From: an uncultured Verrucomicrobiae bacterium
GTDB taxonomy: Bacteria > Verrucomicrobiota > Verrucomicrobiia > Chthoniobacterales > Chthoniobacteraceae
Assembly (NCBI GenBank): GCA_963836755.1
Contig: CAWIKF010000001.1
Span: 128,001-192,000 of the forward strand
Reading direction: 5' to 3'
DNA length: 64,000 nt
The position numbers and the translations under genes are program-made. Positions within the stretch are counted from its first letter, which is position 1, and every line of letters starts with the position of its first letter. The notes below the pieces were generated by a model, which searched no databases, was not told the origin of the DNA, and worked only from the letters and a program-made list of their open reading frames with translations. Shown here piece after piece: positions 20,323-29,941 of this stretch.

Positions 20323-21422
20323 CGTTCAATCGCACCAAACCTTACAACGATCTGCCATTGCTGCCGCCGCGCGGCACGCTGGAAACAGTGCCCGTGCTGA
20401 AGGCGGCGACGCGCGCGCATCGCCGGCTGGCCGAGCTGAAAGGCCGCACGAACACCGTGCCGAACCCGACGATTTTGCTGAACACAATCGCCCTGCAGGA
20501 AGCAAAGGCGAGCTCGGAAATCGAGAACATTTTCACGACGAACGACGAACTTTACCGCGGCATGAGCATGGAGGCGCTGAGCGCGAGCCCGCACGCGAAG
20601 GAAGTTTTGCATTACAACGAAGCGCTGTGGCAGGGCGCGGAAACGCTGCGCAAAAGCGAAGTTTTTTCCACGAACCTCGCGGTTAAAGTTGTCAACACCA
20701 TCAAGGAAAACGACGCGGGAATTCGGAATTTGCCCGGCACGCAGTTGATCAATCCGAACACGAAGGAGGTCATCTACACGCCGCCCGACGGCGAAAAGCG
20801 CATCCGCAATTTGCTGCACAATTTCGAGAAATTTGCGAACCAGGGCGGCGACGATCTGGACGCGCTCGTGAAGATGGCGATCCTCCATTATCAGTTCGAG
20901 GCAATTCATCCGTTCCACGACGGGAATGGCCGCACGGGCCGGATCCTGCTGATTCTTTACCTGTTGCACGAAAAGTTGCTCGACCAGCCGATCCTGTTTT
21001 TGAGCCGTTACATCATTGAAAACAAAACACGTTACTATCGGTTGTTGCGCAGTGTGACGGAGGAGGGCGCGTGGGAGCAATGGATTCTGTATCTCCTGCA
21101 CGCCGTGGAAATGACGGCGCATGAAACGTGCGAAAAAATCAACGCGATCGCCGAGCTGCTGGTCGCGATGATCGAGGAAGCGCGCGTCAAACTGCCGAAG
21201 CGAATTTTTTCCAAGGAATTAATCGAGCAGCTTTTCGTGCAGCCGTATTGCAAAATCAAATTCCTCGAGGAAGCCGGCATCGCGCGGCGCGTGACAGCGT
21301 CACGCTACTTGCACGAGCTGGAAATGGCGAAGCTGGTCCGCGTGCAAAAAGTGGGCACGGAAATGCTTTTCATCAATTTCCGGCTCGTCGATCTGCTCGG
21401 CGGCGAGTCGCGTAAACGTTAA
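20316..21422 (+). CDS. Fic family AMPylase (class II) with C-terminal HTH-like domain
   Basis: HPFHDGNGRTGR; N-terminal inhibitory motif SSEIEN; C-terminal RVTASRYLHELE. Confidence 0.93.
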   Translation: MNTFNRTKPYNDLPLLPPRGTLETVPVLKAATRAHRRLAELKGRTNTVPNPTILLNTIALQEAKASSEIENIFTTNDELYRGMSMEALSASPHAKEVLHYNEALWQGAETLRKSEVFSTNLAVKVVNTIKENDAGIRNLPGTQLINPNTKEVIYTPPDGEKRIRNLLHNFEKFANQGGDDLDALVKMAILHYQFEAIHPFHDGNGRTGRILLILYLLHEKLLDQPILFLSRYIIENKTRYYRLLRSVTEEGAWEQWILYLLHAVEMTAHETCEKINAIAELLVAMIEEARVKLPKRIFSKELIEQLFVQPYCKIKFLEEAGIARRVTASRYLHELEMAKLVRVQKVGTEMLFINFRLVDLLGGESRKR

Positions 21423-21429
21423 CGCGCGT

Positions 21430-22806
21430 TTAAATATGAATCGCGCGACCGAAGGCGGCTTCGGTCGCTTCCTTCACCGCTTCGCTCAGCGTCGGGTGCG
21501 CATGGATCGTCGCCTCGATCTCCTCGTGCGTCGCCTCGAGCGTGATCGCAAGGCCGAGCTCCGCGATCAGCTCCGTCGCTTCCGCGCCAATGATGTGCGC
21601 GCCAATGATTTCACCGTGCGGCTCGCCAATGAGCAGTTTCACGAAACCTTCGCTCTCGCCCACTGCCAGGGCTTTGCCGCTGGCCTGAAATGGGAATTTG
21701 CCGACTTTGAATTTGAGCCCTTTTTCTTTCGCCGCGCGTTCGGTGAGACCGACGCTCGCGACTTGCGGCTGGCAATAGGTGCAGCCGGGAAACGTGGTTA
21801 CTTTGCGCGGAGTTCCTTTGTTAAACATTCCGTCAACGGCTTGCGTCGCCTCGTAACTCGCAACGTGCGCGAGCCACGGCGGTCCGATGATGTCGCCCGC
21901 GGCGTAAACGCCGGGCACGCTCGTCTCGTATTTGTCGTCGGTTTTGATGTAGCCGCGCTCAGTCAAATCAAGTTTGACGCCACCGGGCAGCAGCGGCGCA
22001 ACACCGATTGCCACAAGCGCGACGTCGGCTTCGATGATTTCGGATGTTTTGCCCTCGACGGAGATTTTGACGCCATTTTCCGTGACCTCGGTCTTCGTTG
22101 TTTTCGTGCTGGTGAAAATTTTGATGCCGGCTTTTGTCAGCGATTTTTCCAGCAACACGCTTACTTCCGTGTCTTCGACGGGAAGAATGTTCGGCATCAT
22201 TTCCACGACGGTGACTTCCGTTCCGAATGCGTTGTAAAAATACGCGAACTCGATGCCGATCGCGCCGGCGCCGATGATGACCAACGACTTCGGCTGTGGA
22301 TCGAGCACCATCGCTTCGCGGCTGCCGATGACGGTCTTGCCGTTGAAATCCAAGCCCGGCAATTGCCGCGTGACGACGCCGGTTGAGACCAAAATCTTCG
22401 GCGCGGTGTGCGTTTCTTCCTTGCCGTCCTTGCTTTTCACCGTGACGGAACCGGCCTTTGGAATCGACGCTTCGCCGCGCAGGTAGTCGATTTTGTTTTT
22501 CTTGAAAAGGAATTCGATGCCGCCGGCGAGCTTGTCGGCGACGTTGCGGCTGCGCTTGATGACCTTGCTCCAGTCGAAGCTCAGGTTGTCGAATTTGAAG
22601 CCGAAATCTTCGGCGCGGTGGCTCATTAGATGAAAAAGCTCCGCATTGCGCAGCAGCGATTTCGTCGGGATGCAGCCCCAGTTCAGGCAGGTGCCGCCGG
22701 CGCGTTCTTTTTCCACGCAGGCCACTTTCTTTCCGAGCTGCGCGGCGTGAATCGCGCCGACATATCCCGCTGGGCCGCCGCCAATGACAATGAGGTCGTA
22801 ATTCAT
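21430..22806 (-). CDS. lpdA: Dihydrolipoyl dehydrogenase
   Basis: GGGPAG, GGTCLNWGCIP, GAGAIG, HAHPTLSE. Confidence 0.96.
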   Translation of the reverse strand: MNYDLIVIGGGPAGYVGAIHAAQLGKKVACVEKERAGGTCLNWGCIPTKSLLRNAELFHLMSHRAEDFGFKFDNLSFDWSKVIKRSRNVADKLAGGIEFLFKKNKIDYLRGEASIPKAGSVTVKSKDGKEETHTAPKILVSTGVVTRQLPGLDFNGKTVIGSREAMVLDPQPKSLVIIGAGAIGIEFAYFYNAFGTEVTVVEMMPNILPVEDTEVSVLLEKSLTKAGIKIFTSTKTTKTEVTENGVKISVEGKTSEIIEADVALVAIGVAPLLPGGVKLDLTERGYIKTDDKYETSVPGVYAAGDIIGPPWLAHVASYEATQAVDGMFNKGTPRKVTTFPGCTYCQPQVASVGLTERAAKEKGLKFKVGKFPFQASGKALAVGESEGFVKLLIGEPHGEIIGAHIIGAEATELIAELGLAITLEATHEEIEATIHAHPTLSEAVKEATEAAFGRAIHI

Positions 22807-22921
22807 AGGAACAACAAAGATGCGTGCGGCGGCGGAGCGTCGTCAAAGGATTTGTCGCGACGAAAGCGGAGATCGCCGCGACGGAGCTCGTGAACTTTTA
22901 CTGCAAACGCGATTCGCGTTC

Positions 22922-23386
22922 TTACGTCAAATCGAGCGAGTCGAGCAGCGCGCCATTGATGCGGCCGGTCGGGGCGAGGCCGTGATCGCGTTGATAGGAA
23001 GCGATCGCTCCGCGCGTGCCTGGCCCGATGACGCCATCGACCGCGCCATAGTAATATCCTTCGTGGCGCAGACGGCGCTGCACGTCGACGACGACGTTTG
23101 CCCCGACGACTGTGGCTTGATAGACGGGCCGTGAATAATAAACCGGCTCGTCGTAAAAATATGGATTGTAGGAGTAGCCGCCGTTGATGAAGACGACGCT
23201 GTCGTGGCGATGATAGCGATTCCACCAATCGCGGTCGTGGTGATCGTGGTGGTCGCTGTCATGATGATCGTCGTGGTGATCATCGTGGTGGCTGTCGTGA
23301 TGATCGTGGTGATCGTAGGCGTTTGCCGAGCCGATGAAAGCGAGGCTGGCTGCGGCAGCGAGTGACGGGAGATTAAAAAGTTTCAT
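22922..23386 (-). CDS. Secreted His/Asp-rich protein with C-terminal peptidoglycan-binding domain (PG_binding_1-like)
   Basis: Signal peptide, DHHDHHDSHHDDHH tract, then VQRRLRHEGYYYGAVDGVIGPGTRGAIASYQRDHGLAPTG. Confidence 0.85.
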   Translation of the reverse strand: MKLFNLPSLAAAASLAFIGSANAYDHHDHHDSHHDDHHDDHHDSDHHDHHDRDWWNRYHRHDSVVFINGGYSYNPYFYDEPVYYSRPVYQATVVGANVVVDVQRRLRHEGYYYGAVDGVIGPGTRGAIASYQRDHGLAPTGRINGALLDSLDLT

Positions 23387-23436
23387 TGGTTTCTTTTCGA
23401 CGGGACATTGTCCTTCGTATTCAAAATCGGATGGCG

Positions 23437-23994
23437 TCAATTTTTTGCGTGGTCGCTCCACTCAGCCGCGACGCTCCGTTTTTGCTGCGAATGATCGTGG
23501 TAAAAAAGACGCCGGTTCTTGCAGCCGTATTCGTGGAGCAGCTTCGTCACTTTTACGTCAAAGCAGCAATACTCCGCGATCTCGAGCAGACGGCCTTCGC
23601 GGAACCATTTGATCGCGTCGATTCCGCCTGCGGTTTTTCCCGTGCCGAGCGTCGCCTGCGCGAGCGCGTTGAGCGCGACGCGATGCCCGAGGCGCGGCTC
23701 GAGATCAGCGAGGATATCGAAACTGCAAAGCTGGTGCTTCAAGTCGAGCACCGTGTAACCCATCAGCACCTCGTAATCGAAATTGACCGTGTTGAAACCG
23801 ATGACCAAATCCGCGCGCAAGAGCTGCTCGATCAAATCATCGACGCGCTTTTCCGGGAACACCCGATATTCGCCGGTGCGCGTGCTGTAAGTGACGCCGA
23901 CGGACATTCCCATGTCGCGTTTTTTTTGCCAGCCGCCCGCGTCATTAGCCGTCCGTTGCGTTTCGAGATCAAAGTAGACGATGTCGCGAGCCAT
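23437..23994 (-). CDS. RNase H-like (DEDD/YprB-type) exonuclease domain protein
   Basis: FDLETQ, GFNTVNFD, YCCFDV. Confidence 0.8.
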   Translation of the reverse strand: MARDIVYFDLETQRTANDAGGWQKKRDMGMSVGVTYSTRTGEYRVFPEKRVDDLIEQLLRADLVIGFNTVNFDYEVLMGYTVLDLKHQLCSFDILADLEPRLGHRVALNALAQATLGTGKTAGGIDAIKWFREGRLLEIAEYCCFDVKVTKLLHEYGCKNRRLFYHDHSQQKRSVAAEWSDHAKN

Positions 23995-24024
23995 GCAGCC
24001 TTGTAAAAAAGTGCGTGCGCGATT

Positions 24025-25251
24025 TCAAGCTTCGCTCAACTCCACCGACTCGCCGACAGGTGCTGGCGAAGTGCGGAAAAGTGTGAGCACAAGCACGAAC
24101 GCGACCAGGAGCAGCAGTCCGCTGAGCGTAAACGGAGTGCGACCGTAGCGTGAACTGATGTCAAACGTGGCCACCCAGCCGCCGATCGCCGGCCCGACCG
24201 CGCGGCCGAGGCTGCCGGAACTTTGCATCAGCCCGAGCGCGCGGCCCTGCCAGCGCTTGTCCACGCTGCGCGAAAGCAGGCCGTTGAGCGTCGGCGTGAG
24301 GAAGCTGTTGCCGATCGCGAGCCCAGCGCTGGCGGCCAAAAGCGCAGTGATGCCGCCGAGTTCCTTGCTCACAGCCAGCGCAAAAAGACTCAGCGCCAGC
24401 AGGATCGCGCCGAATGCCGCGAGCTTGCGTTCGCCATATTTTTTCACCATGTGCCGGATCATTCCGCCCTGGATAATGACGCCAATGACGCCGATTCCCG
24501 CAAAGACATAGCCGGTGTGTTTCGCGTCAAAACCGAAGCGGTGGTCCATGAAGAGCGCGTAAAGCGCCGTCATGATGGAGAAGCCGGTGATGAGGAAAAA
24601 ATAGATCGCGATGACTGTCGTGAGGATCTGGCGGTTCGAGTGCTGCAACACGTCGCGGATTGGCTGACGCTGCGCGGGATGCGATCGATGTTCAGCGTCG
24701 AGGCTTTCGGGCAGCCGGAAAAAAATCCAGATCGCGTTTAAAACCGCGAGCGCAGACGCGAAATAAAATGGCGCCGAATAGCCGTAGCGCCCGCTGAGCA
24801 ATCCGCCGATCGCGGGGCCAAAAATAAACCCGAGGCCGAACGCTGCGCCGATCAACCCCATCGCGCCCGAGCGCTCCTCCGGTGTCGTGATGTCCGCGAT
24901 GTATGCTTGAGCCGTTCCGATATTCCCGCCGGAAATTCCATCGATGATTCGCGCCGCAAAAAGCATCGCGAGCGTCGTCGCGGCGCCCATGATGTAAAAG
25001 CCGATCGCCGATCCGATCACGCTGATGATGAGCACCGGCCGGCGTCCCACGCGGTCCGAAAGTTTTCCCCAAACCGGTGCGCCGAGAAATTGCACAGCCG
25101 AATAAATGCCGACGAGAAAACCGTTCATCACCGACGAAGCGCCAAAGTGCATCGCATAAAGCGGCAGCACCGGGATTACGATGCCGAAGCCGATCATGTC
25201 GATGAAAATGGTCAGCAAAATAATGCTGAGCTGTGTCTTTTTAGTAGCCAT
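24025..25251 (-). CDS. MFS transporter (TetA/DHA1-like)
   Basis: Motif A GKLSDRVGRR, motif C GFIFGPAIGG, about 12 hydrophobic segments. Confidence 0.92.
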   Translation of the reverse strand: MATKKTQLSIILLTIFIDMIGFGIVIPVLPLYAMHFGASSVMNGFLVGIYSAVQFLGAPVWGKLSDRVGRRPVLIISVIGSAIGFYIMGAATTLAMLFAARIIDGISGGNIGTAQAYIADITTPEERSGAMGLIGAAFGLGFIFGPAIGGLLSGRYGYSAPFYFASALAVLNAIWIFFRLPESLDAEHRSHPAQRQPIRDVLQHSNRQILTTVIAIYFFLITGFSIMTALYALFMDHRFGFDAKHTGYVFAGIGVIGVIIQGGMIRHMVKKYGERKLAAFGAILLALSLFALAVSKELGGITALLAASAGLAIGNSFLTPTLNGLLSRSVDKRWQGRALGLMQSSGSLGRAVGPAIGGWVATFDISSRYGRTPFTLSGLLLLVAFVLVLTLFRTSPAPVGESVELSEA

Positions 25252-25287
25252 TGAAATGAGAGCTGCGGGAACTTTGACGCGCAGCGC

Positions 25288-25500
25288 TCAATGGCACCCG
25301 CAACCGCCGGAGCCGCATGAATGCTTGCTCGGCGCCGAATCCGGCGATCCTTTTTGCACGAAGCCATAGCCGCCGCTGATCACGCGCCGCACCGGCTCGC
25401 CCGTCTCCGGATCCGCCGTCAGCGGCGCATCGCGCATGCTTTGCTTCAGCTCGAAACGGCGCTTCGTCTGGCCGGTCGTCTCGTAAACATAGATGGGCAT
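25288..25500 (-). CDS. FmdB-family small protein (ribbon cysteines lost, Cys-rich tail)
   Basis: MPIYVYE...FELKQSM...P.TG..VRRVIS...HSCGSGGCGCH. Confidence 0.8.
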   Translation of the reverse strand: MPIYVYETTGQTKRRFELKQSMRDAPLTADPETGEPVRRVISGGYGFVQKGSPDSAPSKHSCGSGGCGCH

Positions 25501-25507
25501 GCGGGAA

Positions 25508-25535
25508 AATTTAGACGATGCGCGAGCGGTGTCAA
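25508..25535 (-). promoter_or_regulatory. Putative sigma70 promoter, probably leaderless, for the FmdB-like gene
   Basis: TTGACA-N16-TAAATT ending 7 nt before the ATG. Confidence 0.55.
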
Positions 25536-25636
25536 AGCTCTCATCCGCGCGCTGCGGCGTGTCGATTTCCGCCCGTTTTTTGCGCACGTGGAAAATCTTG
25601 CACTTTGCGCGTGAACCTTTGAACTTGTGCGCACTG

Positions 25637-26341
25637 ATGCTCTCCGAAATCGCGCAGTTGCTCGTTCTCCAGGATCGTGATCGCAAAATCCGCACGCTGC
25701 GGATGGAGCTAAAAATGGTGCCGCTAGAGCGGGGCGATCTCGAAACCAAACTCGCTTCGCAGCGCACGCAGCTCGACGCCGTGAAACAAAAAGCGAAGGA
25801 GATTGAGGTCGAAAAGAAAAAACTCGAGGTCGAGGCGCAGTCAAAACGGGACTCGATCGCGAAGTTTAAAACGCAGCAATTTCAGACGCGCAAAAACGAA
25901 GAATTTCAGGCGCTGGGAAATGAGATCAGACATTTCGAGTCGGACATCCAGGCGGTCGAAGATCGTGAACTTGAACTGATGGACGACGCGGAAAAATTGA
26001 AAACCTCGAACGCGGCGGCGGAAAAAGATTTCGCGCAAATCAAGAGCCGCATCGACGCGCAGCTCGCGGATTTGGATGCGAAAATCCAGTCGATCGAGAC
26101 GCACCTGAAGGAGCTGGAAACCGAGCGCGCCGGCCTCGCCGCAAAGGTCGATGAAGATTTACTGGACCGCTATGATCGCCTGTTTGCGAGCAAAGGCGAC
26201 GCGGCCGTCGTGCCGCTCGAGCACGAGGTTTGCATGGGTTGCCACATGAAAATCACGACGCAGACTGTGTTCCGCGCGAAGGCGGAAAAAGAGGTGGTGA
26301 ACTGCGAGCAGTGCGGCCGGATTCTCTATCTCGCCGACTAA
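25637..26341 (+). CDS. Coiled-coil protein with C4-type zinc ribbon (DUF164/CT398-like)
   Basis: Long coiled coil; CMGCH...CEQCGRIL. Confidence 0.9.
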   Translation: MLSEIAQLLVLQDRDRKIRTLRMELKMVPLERGDLETKLASQRTQLDAVKQKAKEIEVEKKKLEVEAQSKRDSIAKFKTQQFQTRKNEEFQALGNEIRHFESDIQAVEDRELELMDDAEKLKTSNAAAEKDFAQIKSRIDAQLADLDAKIQSIETHLKELETERAGLAAKVDEDLLDRYDRLFASKGDAAVVPLEHEVCMGCHMKITTQTVFRAKAEKEVVNCEQCGRILYLAD

Positions 26342-26344
26342 AGT

Positions 26345-28975
26345 TTACCGCAGGTTTCCGCCGTCCTCGCGCAACACGTTCTCGGCCGTCGGCGCCGTGA
26401 TCGGCGATGGCGTCGCAACCGCCGGCGGTTGCGGTTCGGCGGGCGAAGGCGCCGGAGTTTCGGTCACGATCATCGTCGGCGCGGTCTGGATGAAAAGCGC
26501 GACGTCATCAGTATATTTTTCCTGCGTCTGCGCCGCCTCCACGAGCAGCGTGCGGCCGACGCGCGCCATGCCGAACTCAAATGCGAAAACGCCGTTGAGC
26601 CAGTTCCGGTCCGCGATCAAATCGGGCGAAGATTGATGCTGCGCAAAATATTCGCCCATCTGCAAAATCGTCTCCGGCGGCAGCTCGGTCCACGCGATCG
26701 GAATGTAGCCGTAGGGCGTCGCCATCTCCATTTCGCTTGGCGAGGCAACCTTGACGCCGCCCGCGACGGTCACTCCATTTTTTTTGAAAACCGGCAGCGG
26801 ATAGCCGCTGTAGTTGATGTCGCGCACGAGCGTTTTTTTGAACTGATCGAGCCACGTCGCCTTTTTTAACATGGTCGCACGTTCCGTTTCGACTGCGCTG
26901 TTGCCGCTGATTTTGGCGGCTTGCACCGCCGCCAGCGCTGCGGGGAAATCGTAGTCTCTCCACGCCGCGGCGACTTTCGCCTTCGCGGCATTTAATGTTT
27001 TCACGGCCCCGTCCCTTTCGCTGGCGATTTGTCGCGCCTGGTTTTGTTCCAGCTCCGTGAAATGCCGCCGCAGATTTTTCAACATCGTTGCGGTCGTCTC
27101 CGCCATTTTGCCGTGGACATGCGTGCTCAAACTTTCGAGCGCTTTCAACGCGGCCGCGCGCTGCTCGGGCGTGCTCGCCGCCTTGATCTGGTCGTTCACC
27201 TTTTCATATGCGTCAAAGTCAGCCGCGTATTTTTGCGCGAGCGGCTTGTATTCAGCGATCCACGCATACGGCTCGGCGGGATTTGAGCCGAGAAAAGTTT
27301 GCAGCAAAACATTCGCATCCTCGAAGCGCCCAAGCTCCCAATCTTTCGCGGCGAAGATGAACGGCGCGAGTGCGCCGCAGCTCGTGAGATCAAAGTTCTT
27401 CGCGGCATCAGGCGGCACGGAAGTCTTGCCTGCTGCAAGCTTCGCGACCGCTGCGAAGAATTTTCCCAGCGCCGCATCCAGCGGTTTCTCTTCAGGAAAA
27501 AACGCTTTGTCCGCGAGCGCCTTGAAAGCGGAATTCGCATCCACCGCGCGGCCCGCGAGCCACGCGCTGAAGCCTTCGTGCAGGATGATCCAATTCTCCA
27601 GCGGCTGCGCGATATCCGGCTGGTCCTGCAGCGTCGTCAACGCATCCTCGGCTCCCTGGAAATTTCCGTCCAATAGCTGCATTCGCGCGGCTTGATAACC
27701 GATGGCACCTGTCTGCTGCGGCATCCCTCCGGCCGCGGCGATGGCTCCTTTGTTGAACAACTTTGCGCGGTAAATGTAGACGAGCGCTCCGCCCGCGAGC
27801 ATCGCGAGGATGAGGATCAGGCTGATGATGCCCATCACTTTTTGCTGTTGCTCGCCTTCCACCACGACACGCGCTTTTTGTCGCTGCGGCTTCGCTGCGG
27901 CCTCGAGTAATTGCGCGCGTGCATACTGCAAGTGCTCCAGCAGTTCGTCATACGTTTGATAACGGCCTGCTGGATCTTTGTGCAGCATGCGATTGATGAC
28001 AAAAGCGGTTGCGCTCGCCACGTTTGGCGCGAACGCCTGAAGGCTGACCGCCTTGCTCTTGATGTGCTTCAACGCAACCAGAGACGCCGTTTCCGCCTCG
28101 AACGGCGGTCGCCCCGCGAGTGCGTGAAACAATGTGCCGCCGAGCGAATAAATGTCGCTGCGAAAATCCTCCGGCTCGTGATTCAACTTTTCCGGCGCAA
28201 CATAATACGGCGTGCCCCAGACTTCGCCGCGCTCCTCCGCCTCATGCTCCGCGAGCAGCGCCAGCCCGAAATCCACGATCTTCGCCGTGTGCGCATCTGC
28301 GAACAAAATATTGCCCGGTTTCACATCGCGATGGATCAGGCCTTTGTTGTGCGCCGCTTGCAAACCCTGCGCGATCTGGATGCCGACTTCGAGCACCTGC
28401 GCCTCTCCGACGCGCCCCTGCAGATTCATCAAATCATCCAGCGAGCCTTTGTCCACGGCCTCCATCGCGATGTAAAACAAACCGTGGTCCGAGCCGAACG
28501 AGAAAACTTTGACCACATGCGGATGATTGACGGACGCGGTGATGCGCGCCTCGCGCTCAAATTTCGCCAGATATTCCGTGTCCGAACTGTATTCCTTTCG
28601 CACCACTTTGAGCGCGACGATGCGGTTTAAGTTCACGTCGTTCGCCTTGTAAACCGCGCCCATTCCGCCCGCGCCGAGCAGCTCGACCAGCGCGAAATTT
28701 TTTAACTGCGTCCGCGCGCGCATCAACGTCCCGCACATCGGACAATGCACCTGCGCGAACGGCTCCTCGTCGCTCACATCGAGCAGCGCCGCGCAGTTCG
28801 GACATGGCTGCAACACCTGTTCGCCAGCGGCTTGCGGCGCCGGTTCCGCATCTTCCACGAGCTCTTCCGCGTATTGCTCGACGTATTCCTCCGCATACTC
28901 GGGAGCGGCCTCGCCCGGCTCGGCAAACTCCTCCGGCTCCGGCTCGGCTTGGGGATCTTCAGGCTCCTCGGGCAT
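26345..28975 (-). CDS. Membrane Ser/Thr protein kinase (acidic N-terminus, Zn ribbon, kinase, TM, large C-terminal domain)
   Basis: CPNC..CPMC; GAGGMG, HRDVKPGN, DFG, APE; TM ISLILILAMLAGGALVYIY. Confidence 0.92.
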   Translation of the reverse strand: MPEEPEDPQAEPEPEEFAEPGEAAPEYAEEYVEQYAEELVEDAEPAPQAAGEQVLQPCPNCAALLDVSDEEPFAQVHCPMCGTLMRARTQLKNFALVELLGAGGMGAVYKANDVNLNRIVALKVVRKEYSSDTEYLAKFEREARITASVNHPHVVKVFSFGSDHGLFYIAMEAVDKGSLDDLMNLQGRVGEAQVLEVGIQIAQGLQAAHNKGLIHRDVKPGNILFADAHTAKIVDFGLALLAEHEAEERGEVWGTPYYVAPEKLNHEPEDFRSDIYSLGGTLFHALAGRPPFEAETASLVALKHIKSKAVSLQAFAPNVASATAFVINRMLHKDPAGRYQTYDELLEHLQYARAQLLEAAAKPQRQKARVVVEGEQQQKVMGIISLILILAMLAGGALVYIYRAKLFNKGAIAAAGGMPQQTGAIGYQAARMQLLDGNFQGAEDALTTLQDQPDIAQPLENWIILHEGFSAWLAGRAVDANSAFKALADKAFFPEEKPLDAALGKFFAAVAKLAAGKTSVPPDAAKNFDLTSCGALAPFIFAAKDWELGRFEDANVLLQTFLGSNPAEPYAWIAEYKPLAQKYAADFDAYEKVNDQIKAASTPEQRAAALKALESLSTHVHGKMAETTATMLKNLRRHFTELEQNQARQIASERDGAVKTLNAAKAKVAAAWRDYDFPAALAAVQAAKISGNSAVETERATMLKKATWLDQFKKTLVRDINYSGYPLPVFKKNGVTVAGGVKVASPSEMEMATPYGYIPIAWTELPPETILQMGEYFAQHQSSPDLIADRNWLNGVFAFEFGMARVGRTLLVEAAQTQEKYTDDVALFIQTAPTMIVTETPAPSPAEPQPPAVATPSPITAPTAENVLREDGGNLR

Positions 28976-29035
28976 CTGCGCGGTAAGCTAGTTTAGCATT
29001 TGCCATTTTCCAATTTCTAACTTTGAGTCGCCGCC

Positions 29036-29941
29036 ATGCCGGAGTTTCGTGTCGAGAAAAGCGAATCCGGCGCGCGCCTCGACCATTTCCTCGCGCAAAA
29101 ACTGCCGCAATTTTCGCGTTCGCGCATCCAGTCCTTGATCAAATCCGGCCACGCGCTGCGCAACGGCCGCGCCGAAAAATCCGGCGTCAAAATCAAAATC
29201 GCCGATGTGGTGACGATTGACGAACCGCCTGCGCAGCCGGTCCGCGCCGAGGCCGAGAATATCCCGCTCGATGTGCTTTTTGAAGACGCCGACCTGCTCG
29301 TTGTCAACAAGCCGGCCGGTCTCGTCGTGCATCCGGCTGCCGGGAACCAGTCGCACACGTTGGTTAACGCGTTGCTGCATCATTGCAAAGAGCTTTCCGG
29401 CATCGGCGGCGAACAGCGGCCGGGCATTGTTCACCGGCTCGACAAGGAAACCAGCGGCTGTCTCGTCATCGCGAAAAACGACATGGCGCACGCAAATTTA
29501 TCGCGCCAATTTGCTGCGCGGGCCGTCACAAAAATCTATCTCGCGCTTGTCGCCGGTCATTTGAAAAACAAACGCGGCGTGATCGAAAACGCCATCGGGC
29601 GTCATCCGATTCATCGAAAAAAAATGGCCGTCACCGCACGCGGTCGGGCGGCAAAAACGGAATTTCGCGTCGTCGAGGAGCTCGCACATTGCTCGCTTGT
29701 CGAGTGCGTTTTGCACACCGGCCGCACGCACCAGATCCGCGTGCATCTCAAGCATCTCTGCCATCCAGTGCTCGGCGACAAACTTTACGGCGCAAAGCTC
29801 GCGGTCAATTTTCCGCGCCAGATGCTGCACGCGTGGCGACTTGGTTTTGCGCATCCGCGCACGCAGGTTCGCATGAATTTTCGTGCGCCGCTGCCGAACG
29901 ATTTTATAAATGCCGGCGTCCACTTTTCCGACGATGAATGA
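29036..29941 (+). CDS. RluA/RluD-family pseudouridine synthase with S4 domain
   Basis: [30 protein letters not shown]. Confidence 0.93.
   Translation: MPEFRVEKSESGARLDHFLAQKLPQFSRSRIQSLIKSGHALRNGRAEKSGVKIKIADVVTIDEPPAQPVRAEAENIPLDVLFEDADLLVVNKPAGLVVHPAAGNQSHTLVNALLHHCKELSGIGGEQRPGIVHRLDKETSGCLVIAKNDMAHANLSRQFAARAVTKIYLALVAGHLKNKRGVIENAIGRHPIHRKKMAVTARGRAAKTEFRVVEELAHCSLVECVLHTGRTHQIRVHLKHLCHPVLGDKLYGAKLAVNFPRQMLHAWRLGFAHPRTQVRMNFRAPLPNDFINAGVHFSDDE

Noticed and set aside
23235..23315. Short tandem repeats (gatcgtggt)
   Set aside because: They encode the His/Asp tract of the PG-binding protein.
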